Positions 28,980 to 38,750 of a stretch of DNA of 64,000 nucleotides are shown in pieces. Below the pieces are notes generated by a model. The model was not told where the DNA came from. It saw nothing but the letters and a program-made list of their open reading frames with translations, and searched no databases. Source of the DNA: a virus; IMG/VR virus record IMGVR_UViG_3300005573_000062, positions 1 to 64,000 of that record, one strand, 5' to 3'. Each line of letters opens with the position of its first letter. Positions within the stretch are counted from its first letter, which is position 1. The translations under genes were made by a program, and so were the position numbers.

Positions 28980-29001
28980 AAAAGAATAGGAGAAGACAAG
29001 T

Positions 29002-29703
29002 ATGGAAACGACTAAAACGACAGAAATATACGTAGCAATTAAAGAAACGAATATATTCGATCTTTACATTACATTTACAAATGGGAAGCAAATACAAGTA
29101 AGATTAAAGAAAGGAGATATTCTTCCCGTTGAAATGTTAAACAAAGGAGATTTAGAAAAGTCTCTCAAGTTTGGCGGGTTAGGACGATTAATCCGTGCAG
29201 GAATAATTAAAAAAGTAGATTCCAAAGAAGAAGCTGAAAAGCTCTCTGAAGAATTAAAAAAACAAAAACTTCCTTCTGAAATCGAAACTCAGGAATTGTT
29301 GAACAAATACAACAACGTAAATTCTTTCGACCAGAAAAAAATGGAAGAAAAAAGAGAAGAGGGGCAGGTACAAAATCTTCAATCTGATTCCCCTTCACAG
29401 GTTGAAGCATTCGCGGTAGCAACAAACAAAGCCGGAGAACCAACAGTTCAACCGACAGAATTAAACAGAGACAGAGAAAAAAAGAAATCGGCCTTCGACG
29501 AATATCAACCGATGTCAGATCTTTCAAAAGTTACTACAGTAGAAGATTTTAAAAAATTAAATCACTTTGACAAACTATACTTCATCAAAGGAACTAAAAA
29601 TATAGATCTTCTAAAAGATATAACCGAAGTAATAAAAGAACGCCAGGTTATAAACAACTGCAAACTTAAAATAGAAGAGCTAGAAAAAAATACGCAGGCT
29701 TAA
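29002..29703 (+). CDS. Hypothetical head-associated protein
   Basis: AGGAG RBS; follows MCP. Confidence 0.65.
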   Translation: METTKTTEIYVAIKETNIFDLYITFTNGKQIQVRLKKGDILPVEMLNKGDLEKSLKFGGLGRLIRAGIIKKVDSKEEAEKLSEELKKQKLPSEIETQELLNKYNNVNSFDQKKMEEKREEGQVQNLQSDSPSQVEAFAVATNKAGEPTVQPTELNRDREKKKSAFDEYQPMSDLSKVTTVEDFKKLNHFDKLYFIKGTKNIDLLKDITEVIKERQVINNCKLKIEELEKNTQA

Positions 29704-29790
29704 TCCTGGTCAGTTCTAGAATGAAATTAATAAAAGTATTAAACTGCTAAAAGAAATTTAATCTGGGGTGCCCTGGTTAATCCAGGGCAC
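29694..29790 (-). repeat. GGATTAACC...CAGATTAA element copy 1, with hairpin 29768-29790
   Basis: GTGCCCTGG-TTAAT-CCAGGGCAC; reverse complement aligns to 60531-60610 and 61543-61575. Confidence 0.65.
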
Positions 29791-29804
29791 TCGAAAATAA
29801 ACAC

Positions 29805-30278
29805 ATGGCAACACCTAGAGAAGAAAAACTACTACACGACACAAAATTAATCATCCCAGAATCATTCATCGCTGGGGCTTCTGATGAAAAAATCCTACTC
29901 TTCATCGACCTGGTCATCAACGACATCAACACTTGGCCACCTTTCACAATCTTCGACAGGGAATCTTTTCCGGAAAATCGACTAGGAATCTTATACATGG
30001 GCATCGGCTACATGACCCAACTCTTCAAACTAATGGAAGTAACCCTTCAGGACTTCAACTACAACGACAGCGGTCTAAGCGTCAACATCGACCAAACATC
30101 TAAACTAAATACTTCTATAGAAAAACTCTACAAGATCTACTCACAACAAGTAGAATTTATGAAAAAATCACTACTCGCTGGATACGGGACAGGTATCGCG
30201 ACTCCGAGATTCCAGTCGCAAATCTCAGCCTTCCTTAAGATTTCCTTGGGAACCTCGTTTTCTTGGCGCGGTCGATAA
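29805..30278 (+). CDS. Head-tail adaptor
   Basis: Position after MCP; helical D..I..FID....IN..P pattern; YNDSGLSV. Confidence 0.65.
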   Translation: MATPREEKLLHDTKLIIPESFIAGASDEKILLFIDLVINDINTWPPFTIFDRESFPENRLGILYMGIGYMTQLFKLMEVTLQDFNYNDSGLSVNIDQTSKLNTSIEKLYKIYSQQVEFMKKSLLAGYGTGIATPRFQSQISAFLKISLGTSFSWRGR

Positions 30279-30334
30279 AAGTATTTATTTTTTATACCTT
30301 TTTTTCTAAATTTAAACAACTTTTTAATCTTGAA

Positions 30335-30363
30335 TTGAATAACCTTTCTTTCTTATATATAAT
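30335..30363 (+). promoter_or_regulatory. sigma70-like promoter
   Basis: TTGAAT-N17-TATAAT. Confidence 0.75.
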
Positions 30364-30375
30364 GTATTTAATTGT

Positions 30376-32256
30376 ATGATAAAAAAATTAAATACAAAAG
30401 AGATTTTCGAAAAATATTCTGAAGATGAAATCCTTACTATGTTAAATGAATCGAGTGACTGGCATAACTTTGCAAATAAACTAGGATGCACTAAAAGGAG
30501 TTATTATAAATTACACGATTATTTTTATAATAAAGTACTCGAAAGATTTAAGATTGATGAGATACGAAAAATATCATTAAATAATACGCAAGAAGAAGCT
30601 TGTAAGATATTGAAGTGTACCCCATGTAGTTATCAGAAAATTCAGGATTATCTTTATGAAGATATTTTCAAAAGATTCAAGGAAGATGAAATTATTTCAA
30701 TACTGCAAAATAACGAAAGAAAACAAGCATGCGAAAAATTAGAGTGTTCAGTACGAAATTATATAGTGTTAGATCGTTTTAGACTTTCTAAAGTGGTACA
30801 ATCAGATCCCCAAGCAAAAAAATTAAATACAAAAGAGGTTTTAGAAAAATATCCAGAAGATAAAATTATTGCTACTTTGAATGAATCACGTAATGGGCGT
30901 GAGGTTATGTATAAACTAGGGTGCACCAGGAAGAGTTATTTTGAGTTGATTAATTATTTCTATAATAAAATATTCGAAAATTTTAAAGCCGATGAAATAC
31001 GGAATATTGTATCAAATAATGGGCAAGAGGAAGCCTGCAAAATATTAAAATGTACACGATATGGCTACCAAAAGCTTCAGGACTACCTTTATGATGACAT
31101 TTTTAAGAGATTCAAAGAAGATGAAATAGTTTCAATATTACAAAACAATAAAAGGCAACAAGCTTGTGAGAAATTAGAATGTTCAGTACGAAATTATTAT
31201 AAATTACTAAATTGTTTTAGACTTTCTGAGGTATTATCGCCAGATCTCCAAGTAAAGAAAGAAAAGAAAGAAGAATATAAAAAAGTTATTAATGCATATT
31301 CTAAAGAAGACTTATTAAAAATATTAACTACTAATAGTCCAAAAGATGCTTGTGGTATATTAAAATGTAGAACAAGCATATATTATCAACTTCTTAAAGA
31401 ATTTAATCTTCCTTTTCAAGGTAAAATCAACTATGTTAATGGAATGAAAAGAAAACATGAAAATAAATACAATGAAGTATTTCAAAGATTCACAAAGGAT
31501 CAAATAAAAGAGATACTAATTAAAGAAGATCGAGGGGATTCCTGTAAACTATTAAATATATCAAAAGGAATCTATTATAAACTGCTCAAATATTTTAATC
31601 TTCCTACAAAAGTGGGGCAAAGGAGAAACACTGTTTTTAAATACACCAACGAGCAATTGATAGAATTATATAAAAAATATAATGGGAATATTGTTAGACT
31701 AGTAGAAGAAGAAAAAATAGAAAGGGGATGGGTTATTCGGGCTAGATTAGAAAAACTTGGATATAAAGGAGTCGGGGATACTGAAAGCAGACCGTCTTGG
31801 TGTAAGGGGAAAACAAAAGAAACAGATCCTATATTAAAAAAAATATCTGAAAAACTAAAAGAGGGGTATAGAACAGGGCGTCTTTCAAATGTCAATGCTA
31901 ATCTCGCACAAGCTTTAAATGGGACTCCTAGTACTGAAAAAAAGGTAATGAAGATTTTAGACGAATTAAATTTAACATATATTCATCAGAAGCCAATGGG
32001 CCAATCCCTTCCGGATTTTGTAATAGAAAATAAAAAACTTATTATTCAGGTTCAAGGCTGTTTTTGGCATAGGTGCCTAAAATGTTTTAAAAATAAATTC
32101 TCTAAAGATGAATTACAAGAAGAGCGTTTAAGAGAAATAAAACAGGTTAAATTCTTCTCAAAACGGGGATACCGCACTTTATTTATTTGGGAACATGAAC
32201 TTAGAAATCCAGAATACGTTAAATCTAAAATTCTAAATTTTATATCCCTTCATTGA
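30376..32256 (+). CDS. Free-standing Vsr/DUF559-type endonuclease with ~9 tandem HTH-like repeats
   Basis: STE...PDF....LIIQVQGCFWH.C..C...GYR.LFIWEHEL; NUMOD-like WCKGKTKETDP; ~43-aa repeats. Confidence 0.8.
   Translation: MIKKLNTKEIFEKYSEDEILTMLNESSDWHNFANKLGCTKRSYYKLHDYFYNKVLERFKIDEIRKISLNNTQEEACKILKCTPCSYQKIQDYLYEDIFKRFKEDEIISILQNNERKQACEKLECSVRNYIVLDRFRLSKVVQSDPQAKKLNTKEVLEKYPEDKIIATLNESRNGREVMYKLGCTRKSYFELINYFYNKIFENFKADEIRNIVSNNGQEEACKILKCTRYGYQKLQDYLYDDIFKRFKEDEIVSILQNNKRQQACEKLECSVRNYYKLLNCFRLSEVLSPDLQVKKEKKEEYKKVINAYSKEDLLKILTTNSPKDACGILKCRTSIYYQLLKEFNLPFQGKINYVNGMKRKHENKYNEVFQRFTKDQIKEILIKEDRGDSCKLLNISKGIYYKLLKYFNLPTKVGQRRNTVFKYTNEQLIELYKKYNGNIVRLVEEEKIERGWVIRARLEKLGYKGVGDTESRPSWCKGKTKETDPILKKISEKLKEGYRTGRLSNVNANLAQALNGTPSTEKKVMKILDELNLTYIHQKPMGQSLPDFVIENKKLIIQVQGCFWHRCLKCFKNKFSKDELQEERLREIKQVKFFSKRGYRTLFIWEHELRNPEYVKSKILNFISLH
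30382..31254 (+). repeat. Intragenic tandem duplication, 435-bp period
   Basis: AAAAAATTAAATACAAAAGAG at 30382 and 30817; colinear paralogous halves. Confidence 0.9.
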
Positions 32257-32281
32257 ACCCTCTTTCATTTTCATATATAAT
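32253..32281 (+). promoter_or_regulatory. sigma70-like promoter
   Basis: TTGAAC-N17-TATAAT. Confidence 0.75.
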
Positions 32282-32297
32282 GTAGCTAGGAGGGCCT

Positions 32298-32834
32298 ATG
32301 AAATATTATTCAATTATGTTAAATATCTCAGAACATGAATCAGAAGAAGTCTTTTTCAATCAAAGATATAGTGCATATAAGTTTGCTGAAAGTTTGTTTA
32401 CTGATAAGATAACTTTGATTAAAGAGCTAGAGGATGACACTAAATTAATTCTTCATCTTAAACTGAATGAAGTATATAAACAGAATGAAGAAATAGTTGG
32501 TGAATATGACATAGTAGATACTCGATTAATAAAAATAGAGAAAGAAATACAAGAGGAGGTTAAAGAAGAAGGTAAACCTTACATTCCTTATAAAGAAACC
32601 GAAAAAGAGGTAGAATTAAAACGAGGATTCGATGTATTTATAAATGATGAAGAGCCTGATTTTAGAATATTTCCTATTTTTGACAAATCGAAGGATTTTA
32701 AGATTAAAAATGAATTTTTGATTAAAGAACCGATAGAGTTAAAAAATAATAGATATGGAACATCTAAAAAGGTTACTAAAGTTTATGCAAAGATAACAGT
32801 GCATACAGTTATCGTCAAATGTATGGACGATTGA
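32298..32834 (+). CDS. Hypothetical protein (moron)
   Basis: Own promoter and AGGAGG RBS. Confidence 0.65.
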   Translation: MKYYSIMLNISEHESEEVFFNQRYSAYKFAESLFTDKITLIKELEDDTKLILHLKLNEVYKQNEEIVGEYDIVDTRLIKIEKEIQEEVKEEGKPYIPYKETEKEVELKRGFDVFINDEEPDFRIFPIFDKSKDFKIKNEFLIKEPIELKNNRYGTSKKVTKVYAKITVHTVIVKCMDD

Positions 32835-32855
32835 TATATTATTTCGTTTTTATGT

Positions 32856-33755
32856 ATGGGTATCCCATCTCCAGTCACAAACATACATACTAAAAATTTA
32901 GATATTTCTACAAGAGAGAAGAAGATAACTTGGGATCCTTCGAGTGATCTTACTGTAACATCATATAATATATATCGTTCAGAAGTGTCATATGGAGACT
33001 TCGAGAAGATAAATACTGATCCAATCACTGATTTATTTTATACTGATACAGTTCCTCTTACTGAAGTATATCCTTTTCAATGGTGGTATAAAGTTACTGC
33101 AGTAAATCCGGATGGGGAAAGTGATTTAGCCGCTACTTTTCCTTCAACAGATATAGATATCGATGCATTTATCAATCAGCCTTTTGACCCAGCGGTTCCT
33201 CAAGTATTGAGTGAACAAAATTTATTGAAACCGGATGATGGAACTCAATTTCAATATTTGAGATCTACTAAAATAAATCCAAGATGGTTTCTCGAGATTC
33301 GAAGAAGACATAAATGGTTGTTGGAAATGGGAGGAACGAAGGTATGGTTGTTGAAGAGGAAATATAGTGGACAGCTGTGTCCTAACTTTGATCAACTTAG
33401 AAATCAACATCGACAGATGGCAGTAGGAACAATCGATCCTTGCTATGGAACAAAATATCTAGGAGGATACCACACTCCTATCAATATAATGATCAGTTTT
33501 GTAAATCCGAAAGTAAGAAGCGTAAAGTTTAAAGAATATGGAATAGAAATAGACTATACTGCTACAAATTGGACTCTTTGGGAACCGAATCTTTTAGATC
33601 GAGACATTATTGTCAGAGTAGATAATGGTGAAAGATATGAGGCTTTAAATATAACTAGAACATCCTGGAGAGGAGTAATTCTAAGTCAACGCTTGGATTT
33701 AAGACTTATAGAACCCACGAGTATTCTATATAAAATTCCAGTCCCCCAACCATAA
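32856..33755 (+). CDS. Neck/head-closure protein with N-terminal Fn3 domain
   Basis: ITWD...YNIYRS...YKVTAVN.DGES; CP...CYGT.Y.GGY. Confidence 0.65.
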   Translation: MGIPSPVTNIHTKNLDISTREKKITWDPSSDLTVTSYNIYRSEVSYGDFEKINTDPITDLFYTDTVPLTEVYPFQWWYKVTAVNPDGESDLAATFPSTDIDIDAFINQPFDPAVPQVLSEQNLLKPDDGTQFQYLRSTKINPRWFLEIRRRHKWLLEMGGTKVWLLKRKYSGQLCPNFDQLRNQHRQMAVGTIDPCYGTKYLGGYHTPINIMISFVNPKVRSVKFKEYGIEIDYTATNWTLWEPNLLDRDIIVRVDNGERYEALNITRTSWRGVILSQRLDLRLIEPTSILYKIPVPQP

Positions 33756-33778
33756 TATAAAATTACTTTTTAATTGCA

Positions 33779-34366
33779 ATGCCTTATTTAATACAGGAAC
33801 AAGATTCTAGAATCGGTCCTTATATACTTCAGAAGAAATTAAGAAGCGCATTTGTACTCAGTCTTAGAGAATCACTTAAAACAGATCCTCATTATACTTA
33901 TGTGAATATAATAAATTCAGACATGACTGATTTCTTGAATACAAAGGTAGAAATAACAGATACCTTTCCACTTGAATCTATCAAAATTCCTACTATTATT
34001 GTATCGAAATTTTCAGATAGAGGAAGTACTTTCTTTTTTGGAGATGATTTAATAGAAGAAAGTTCAACAACCAAAACTAGAGGAAACATTCTACTTGGCA
34101 CTATTGGAATAGATGTATTCGCTTTTAGTAGCATAGAAAGAGACGAAATCTGTGATAAAGTTTACTACTATCTAAGAGCGGTAAGAGACAAATTTGGATC
34201 TTTAGGAATAGAATTGAGAGATGTAAAAGTTGATCCTCCTTCAGAAACTGAATATGGTGGAAGAATACTCTACAAAGGAGGAATTTCAACTAATACAATA
34301 TCAGAATGGATAATAGTTGAAAATACAGGAGACAAGATTACTGACATTGAAACTAATTTAATATAA
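33779..34366 (+). CDS. Tail terminator/completion protein
   Basis: Precedes sheath; P.IIV, IDVFA.S..ERDEI.D. Confidence 0.65.
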   Translation: MPYLIQEQDSRIGPYILQKKLRSAFVLSLRESLKTDPHYTYVNIINSDMTDFLNTKVEITDTFPLESIKIPTIIVSKFSDRGSTFFFGDDLIEESSTTKTRGNILLGTIGIDVFAFSSIERDEICDKVYYYLRAVRDKFGSLGIELRDVKVDPPSETEYGGRILYKGGISTNTISEWIIVENTGDKITDIETNLI

Positions 34367-34378
34367 AATTGCTTTTTT
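34362..34378 (+). promoter_or_regulatory. Putative late promoter for the tail operon
   Basis: TATAAAATTGCTTTTTT. Confidence 0.65.
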
Positions 34379-34408
34379 TAAGACAAACACTATTAAAGAG
34401 GTGAAAAC

Positions 34409-35749
34409 ATGGCCGGACAAATAATACCAGGAGTTCAAGTCACATTAGTTCCTACTAATGAAAATTTAAACATTCCATTGAGCACAGCAGAAGTATGTTT
34501 TATCGGTACAGGTAAAACAACTATCTCTGTCGAAGATGAAGTTGTAACAAAAGGAAGTGGAGATCACGATAATTTAAATGTAGAATCAGAAAGAACCGTC
34601 TCCTCTCTAGCTAGCAAAATTTGGGATGAAAAACAAAATCAATACATATTAGACACTGATTATAAATTAGATTCAGAAAATCCAAATGCAGTCACCTGGA
34701 TAAGTGGAGGAAATGCTCCTACCGCTGGAACGAAATATACAGTTTCATATGAAATAGATAAAATTGATTCTGATTATGACTTTAAAAGTTTTTTTACTAT
34801 ATCAGATATAATCAAAGAATATGGTGAAATAAATACAACAAATACAATTTCTCTTGCTTCTTACCTATATTTTTTAAATGGTGGTAAAAAAATAAATGTA
34901 GTTCAGGTTAAACCTGTAAGTGGCAACATTACATACGCTGGTTTTACGAGTGCATTGGGAAAGTTAGCACTGAAAGAAGTTGACATAATCGTTCCTTTAT
35001 TTACAAATTCAACAGGGTTTGAAACTCTTTTTACTGATGTAAAAGCGCACGTCTATCAACTCTCGCAACCAAGTGAAGGAAAAAATAGAATAGCATTTGT
35101 ATGCCCACAAAATACGACGACATTCAATGGATATAAGACTCTTGGAACGAGTTTGGCCTCATCTAGAATGATTTTAACATATCCTCATACGATAAGTGTA
35201 AGCATAAATGGATCAGTATATAGTGTATCTGGAATGTATTTGAATGCTGCAATGTGCGGTATTCTTGGAGATACGGATACCAAATTGTCAGACCCTCTTA
35301 CTAGAAAAGAATTATTCGGGATATACGAGGTGCCAACAACACTTTTGAGATCTCAAATCGAAGAATTAATAACAAATGGAGTTCTAGTAGTTGAAACTTC
35401 TCCTCTTCAAACTATAAGAGTTGTTTATGGAATAACAACAGATACAACGTCAACAAATACAATCGAAATAAGTTTGGTTAGAATTGGAGATTTCTTTACT
35501 AAACTTTTGAAAAATATACTAGATAAAATGTTTATTGGAACCACTATTGAAAGTGGAACTTTTTCTTCAATAGAAGGAACTATAAGACAAATAGTTGAAT
35601 CTTTAGTAAAATCGAGAGTGCTTATTGGATCTTCAAATTTGTCGATTGCACGAGATTCTCAAAATCCAACTAAAATAAATATTTCGTTGAGAATTACTCC
35701 AGTCTATCCGCTTAACTACATAGACGTGAAATTCTCGATAGGATTATAA
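34409..35749 (+). CDS. Tail sheath protein
   Basis: PGV, FIGTG, FLNGG, L..NGV.V, EIS.VRI.D, PVYPLNYI. Confidence 0.9.
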   Translation: MAGQIIPGVQVTLVPTNENLNIPLSTAEVCFIGTGKTTISVEDEVVTKGSGDHDNLNVESERTVSSLASKIWDEKQNQYILDTDYKLDSENPNAVTWISGGNAPTAGTKYTVSYEIDKIDSDYDFKSFFTISDIIKEYGEINTTNTISLASYLYFLNGGKKINVVQVKPVSGNITYAGFTSALGKLALKEVDIIVPLFTNSTGFETLFTDVKAHVYQLSQPSEGKNRIAFVCPQNTTTFNGYKTLGTSLASSRMILTYPHTISVSINGSVYSVSGMYLNAAMCGILGDTDTKLSDPLTRKELFGIYEVPTTLLRSQIEELITNGVLVVETSPLQTIRVVYGITTDTTSTNTIEISLVRIGDFFTKLLKNILDKMFIGTTIESGTFSSIEGTIRQIVESLVKSRVLIGSSNLSIARDSQNPTKINISLRITPVYPLNYIDVKFSIGL

Positions 35750-35766
35750 AGGGAGGAATTTAAGTT

Positions 35767-36300
35767 ATGACAATACCACTAGCAGCTACTAGAGCAAAAT
35801 TACCAAGATCGATTGCAATTTTAGGAAGTTCTGAAATATCAACAATTGATTGGCTAAATGTAACGACATCTACGATCAATTCAGTTGTTCAAAATATGGC
35901 AAAAATTGGAGCAGTTCAAAAAATTTCGATAGATCAAAATATTGATCTGCATGAATGGAGAGAATTTGATCCAGATAATCAGGGACTTGTAGTTGAGTGG
36001 GCTCCTGGAAAAGAAACAATAAGTTTCACTCTTGAAGGCGTTATATTATACTCAGGAGATATTTTGGATCGCTTTGGGTTTGGGGTAGAATCTTTACTTG
36101 AAATGAAATTTCCTTTCGTTATACAAATAAAAGAAGATAGATATAAATCAGATTTTCAGACTATAGAATCTAGATCCACCTATTTGTTAGGATGCAGATT
36201 CAAGAAAAGACCTATAAGCATCGATATTGGAAGTGCAGACTTAATAAAACAGAGTTGCGATGGAAACGCTGCTAGATTAATAAGAACTGGTTGGTTTTAA
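35767..36300 (+). CDS. Tail tube protein
   Basis: Follows sheath; IGAVQ.I......RE.....E..PG. Confidence 0.8.
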   Translation: MTIPLAATRAKLPRSIAILGSSEISTIDWLNVTTSTINSVVQNMAKIGAVQKISIDQNIDLHEWREFDPDNQGLVVEWAPGKETISFTLEGVILYSGDILDRFGFGVESLLEMKFPFVIQIKEDRYKSDFQTIESRSTYLLGCRFKKRPISIDIGSADLIKQSCDGNAARLIRTGWF

Positions 36301-36319
36301 AAGAAAAGGAGGTTGTTAA

Positions 36320-36715
36320 ATGGAACTTCAAGAATTAGCAGGATTAGGAAAGATAAGAAAAGAATTAACACTATTTAAAAATACAAAGTTAGTAATGCAT
36401 TCTTTGTCTGTTGAAGAACAGGAAGAAGTTTTAAAAGCATTAGCAGGCTCACCAGATGATTTGCTCTATAAAACATATAGATTACAAATTGAAACACTCG
36501 TAAGAGCAATAGAGCAATTGGGAAATGTGAAATTTTTCAACATCGAGGAAGGTCGCAAAGTTCTCATGTCTCTTCAAAAGGATTTTTTCAAACTTCTTTG
36601 GGACGAATACGAAAAATTAGAAAGTGAAAATAAAGATACTTTTGAGACCTTAAAAAAAAATTCGGAAATGACTACAGTCGCCTCATCTGGAAATACTGCA
36701 AAACATTCAAAATAA
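36320..36715 (+). CDS. Tail assembly chaperone (gpG-like)
   Basis: Between tube and TMP; ends with LKKN over an A9 run. Confidence 0.8.
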   Translation: MELQELAGLGKIRKELTLFKNTKLVMHSLSVEEQEEVLKALAGSPDDLLYKTYRLQIETLVRAIEQLGNVKFFNIEEGRKVLMSLQKDFFKLLWDEYEKLESENKDTFETLKKNSEMTTVASSGNTAKHSK

Positions 36716-36963
36716 GACCCAAAGATTTAAAGTATATTCCTCAATCAGAAATTGAATGGGCCTTTTTTCATTTAGTTGAAGATCAAAAAGAAGAAATAGA
36801 CAAAATAAAAACATTTTTGAGAGTATTAAATCCTTCGATTGAGATGGATAATAATAACGAAAATTTAAATAAAATAGTTTATGAAAGTGAAAATTTTGAC
36901 GAGAAAATAAAAAATGAATATGGAGTGGGGTTCAACGAACTTCTAGAACAACTTGGAGAATAA
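36658..36963 (+). CDS. -1 frameshift extension of the chaperone (gpGT-like)
   Basis: Open -1 frame KFGNDYSRLIWKYCKTFKIRP...QLGE*, stopping at 36963 adjacent to TMP ATG36964. Confidence 0.85.
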   Translation, partial: KFGNDYSRLIWKYCKTFKIRPKDLKYIPQSEIEWAFFHLVEDQKEEIDKIKTFLRVLNPSIEMDNNNENLNKIVYESENFDEKIKNEYGVGFNELLEQLGE

Positions 36964-38748
36964 ATGGCAGAAGAAAAACCAGTAAATCCGGATAAATCTT
37001 CAATTCCAAATAATGATAAATTGAAAGAAGCAGAAGAGATTTATAAACGTATTGAAGCTGAAATAAAATCATCTGCAAGTACGTATAATGAATTAATGAA
37101 GTCATCCGAAAAATTTAAGGATTTACAAAAAGAGATAGTTGAATATTTTAAAGCAGGTAAAATAGATGTAGGAGTTTACGATAATCTTAAAAAAGACTTA
37201 GAAAAATCTAAAGAAGTATATAAAGAAATTGCAAAAGAAACACAAAGTACTTTCTCAAAAGTAATAGACGATACAGGCAGTTTAGCTAAAAAAGGGATAG
37301 ATGGAATTTTGGAAAAATTCGATCTATCAATGGAAACCTTAAATCTTCCAGGAATTATCTTAGCTATATTTCAAAATTTAGATGCTGCTAGAGTTATAGG
37401 TGGATTTGCAGGTGAAACAGCAAAAATTTTTGGTAAAATTGGGGATTCTGCTGGAAAAAATTTTGCAAATGAGTTTGGGAAAAGTATGACTCACGCTGGA
37501 GAAAGTACATCCATGACATTTAGATTTGTGACTGATCAACTTAGAGATCAATTAGCACAAGATTTTTTTAAGTTAGGATTACAAATACGAGGGGTAACAG
37601 GATCACAATTTGCAGCATTATCAAATGATTTAATAGTAGTTTCTCAAGCCTTTAAAATTCCATTAGATAATATAGCTAAATATACATTTGCATTTCAAGA
37701 TATTTTCAGAGTGAATACTGAGAGAGCAATGAAATCGATAAAAGATGTTATTACTAATGCATATACACTAGGGGTTGCTCCTGAAAGATTTTTAAATTTA
37801 ATAGCGAATCAAACAGAACAATTTAAATTACAAAGAATACAAATTTCTGAAGTAAGTGATACATATAGACGATTCTATCAAGGATTAGGATTAGGAGTTG
37901 AAGTAAGTGAGGAATTAACACAAAAAGTGGTATCTTCATTAGCACAACTTTCGTCAGGTAAACTTGCTGCATATATATCTCTGACAACAGGATTTACTGG
38001 TGAAGATCTAACAGATACAATGTTGGACTTTTATAGAGGGCAGGCCTCAGGACAGAATACTACAAATAGTCGTTTAGAACTAGTTCAAAATACTTTAAAA
38101 GTTCTTCAAGAAAAATTTCCTGAGATAACAAAAAATCAGTATGTAGGAGTAAAAGCTGTAATGGAAATATTTGGGATACAACAGATGGAAGTAGGTGTTA
38201 GATTATATGATGCTTTAAGTAAACAAATAAAAGGAATATCCTCAAATAATGATTTAATGAGTACTGTTAATGATATACTAACAGATACGCACAGTGCAGT
38301 AGAACAAGGATTAGGTTTAATTCTTAATGCTCTTAGTTGGCTTATACGACTTGCTCTAGGTGCTTATAATTTTTTTGTTGGTGAAATATCTGAGTCTTTT
38401 TTAACACCTTTAGAAACACAAATTCAAAAACAAAGTGCATTATTGGGTGCAAATTTCGAACCTTTAAAGATTGATAAACAAATGACAAGTAAAGGATTAA
38501 GTAAATTAGATGTAATAATGATTCAACAAGCAGAAACAAATAAACATCTAACTAATTTAACAGAAGTTACAAAAGCATCAGCTATAGCAACTACTTCATC
38601 TTTAACTGGATTACCAATGGGAGGAGGGGCACAGGCTGTAGCAGCTCAAGCTTCATTAATTAAACAGTTTGTGACATTAAAAGTTGATGTAGATCCAAGA
38701 TTAAAAGGATTTTTAGATTTTACTCAACAAAATTCAGCGACTGCATAA
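36964..38748 (+). CDS. Tape measure protein
   Basis: Helical, follows the G/GT pair. Confidence 0.75.
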   Translation: MAEEKPVNPDKSSIPNNDKLKEAEEIYKRIEAEIKSSASTYNELMKSSEKFKDLQKEIVEYFKAGKIDVGVYDNLKKDLEKSKEVYKEIAKETQSTFSKVIDDTGSLAKKGIDGILEKFDLSMETLNLPGIILAIFQNLDAARVIGGFAGETAKIFGKIGDSAGKNFANEFGKSMTHAGESTSMTFRFVTDQLRDQLAQDFFKLGLQIRGVTGSQFAALSNDLIVVSQAFKIPLDNIAKYTFAFQDIFRVNTERAMKSIKDVITNAYTLGVAPERFLNLIANQTEQFKLQRIQISEVSDTYRRFYQGLGLGVEVSEELTQKVVSSLAQLSSGKLAAYISLTTGFTGEDLTDTMLDFYRGQASGQNTTNSRLELVQNTLKVLQEKFPEITKNQYVGVKAVMEIFGIQQMEVGVRLYDALSKQIKGISSNNDLMSTVNDILTDTHSAVEQGLGLILNALSWLIRLALGAYNFFVGEISESFLTPLETQIQKQSALLGANFEPLKIDKQMTSKGLSKLDVIMIQQAETNKHLTNLTEVTKASAIATTSSLTGLPMGGGAQAVAAQASLIKQFVTLKVDVDPRLKGFLDFTQQNSATA

Positions 38749-38750
38749 TT

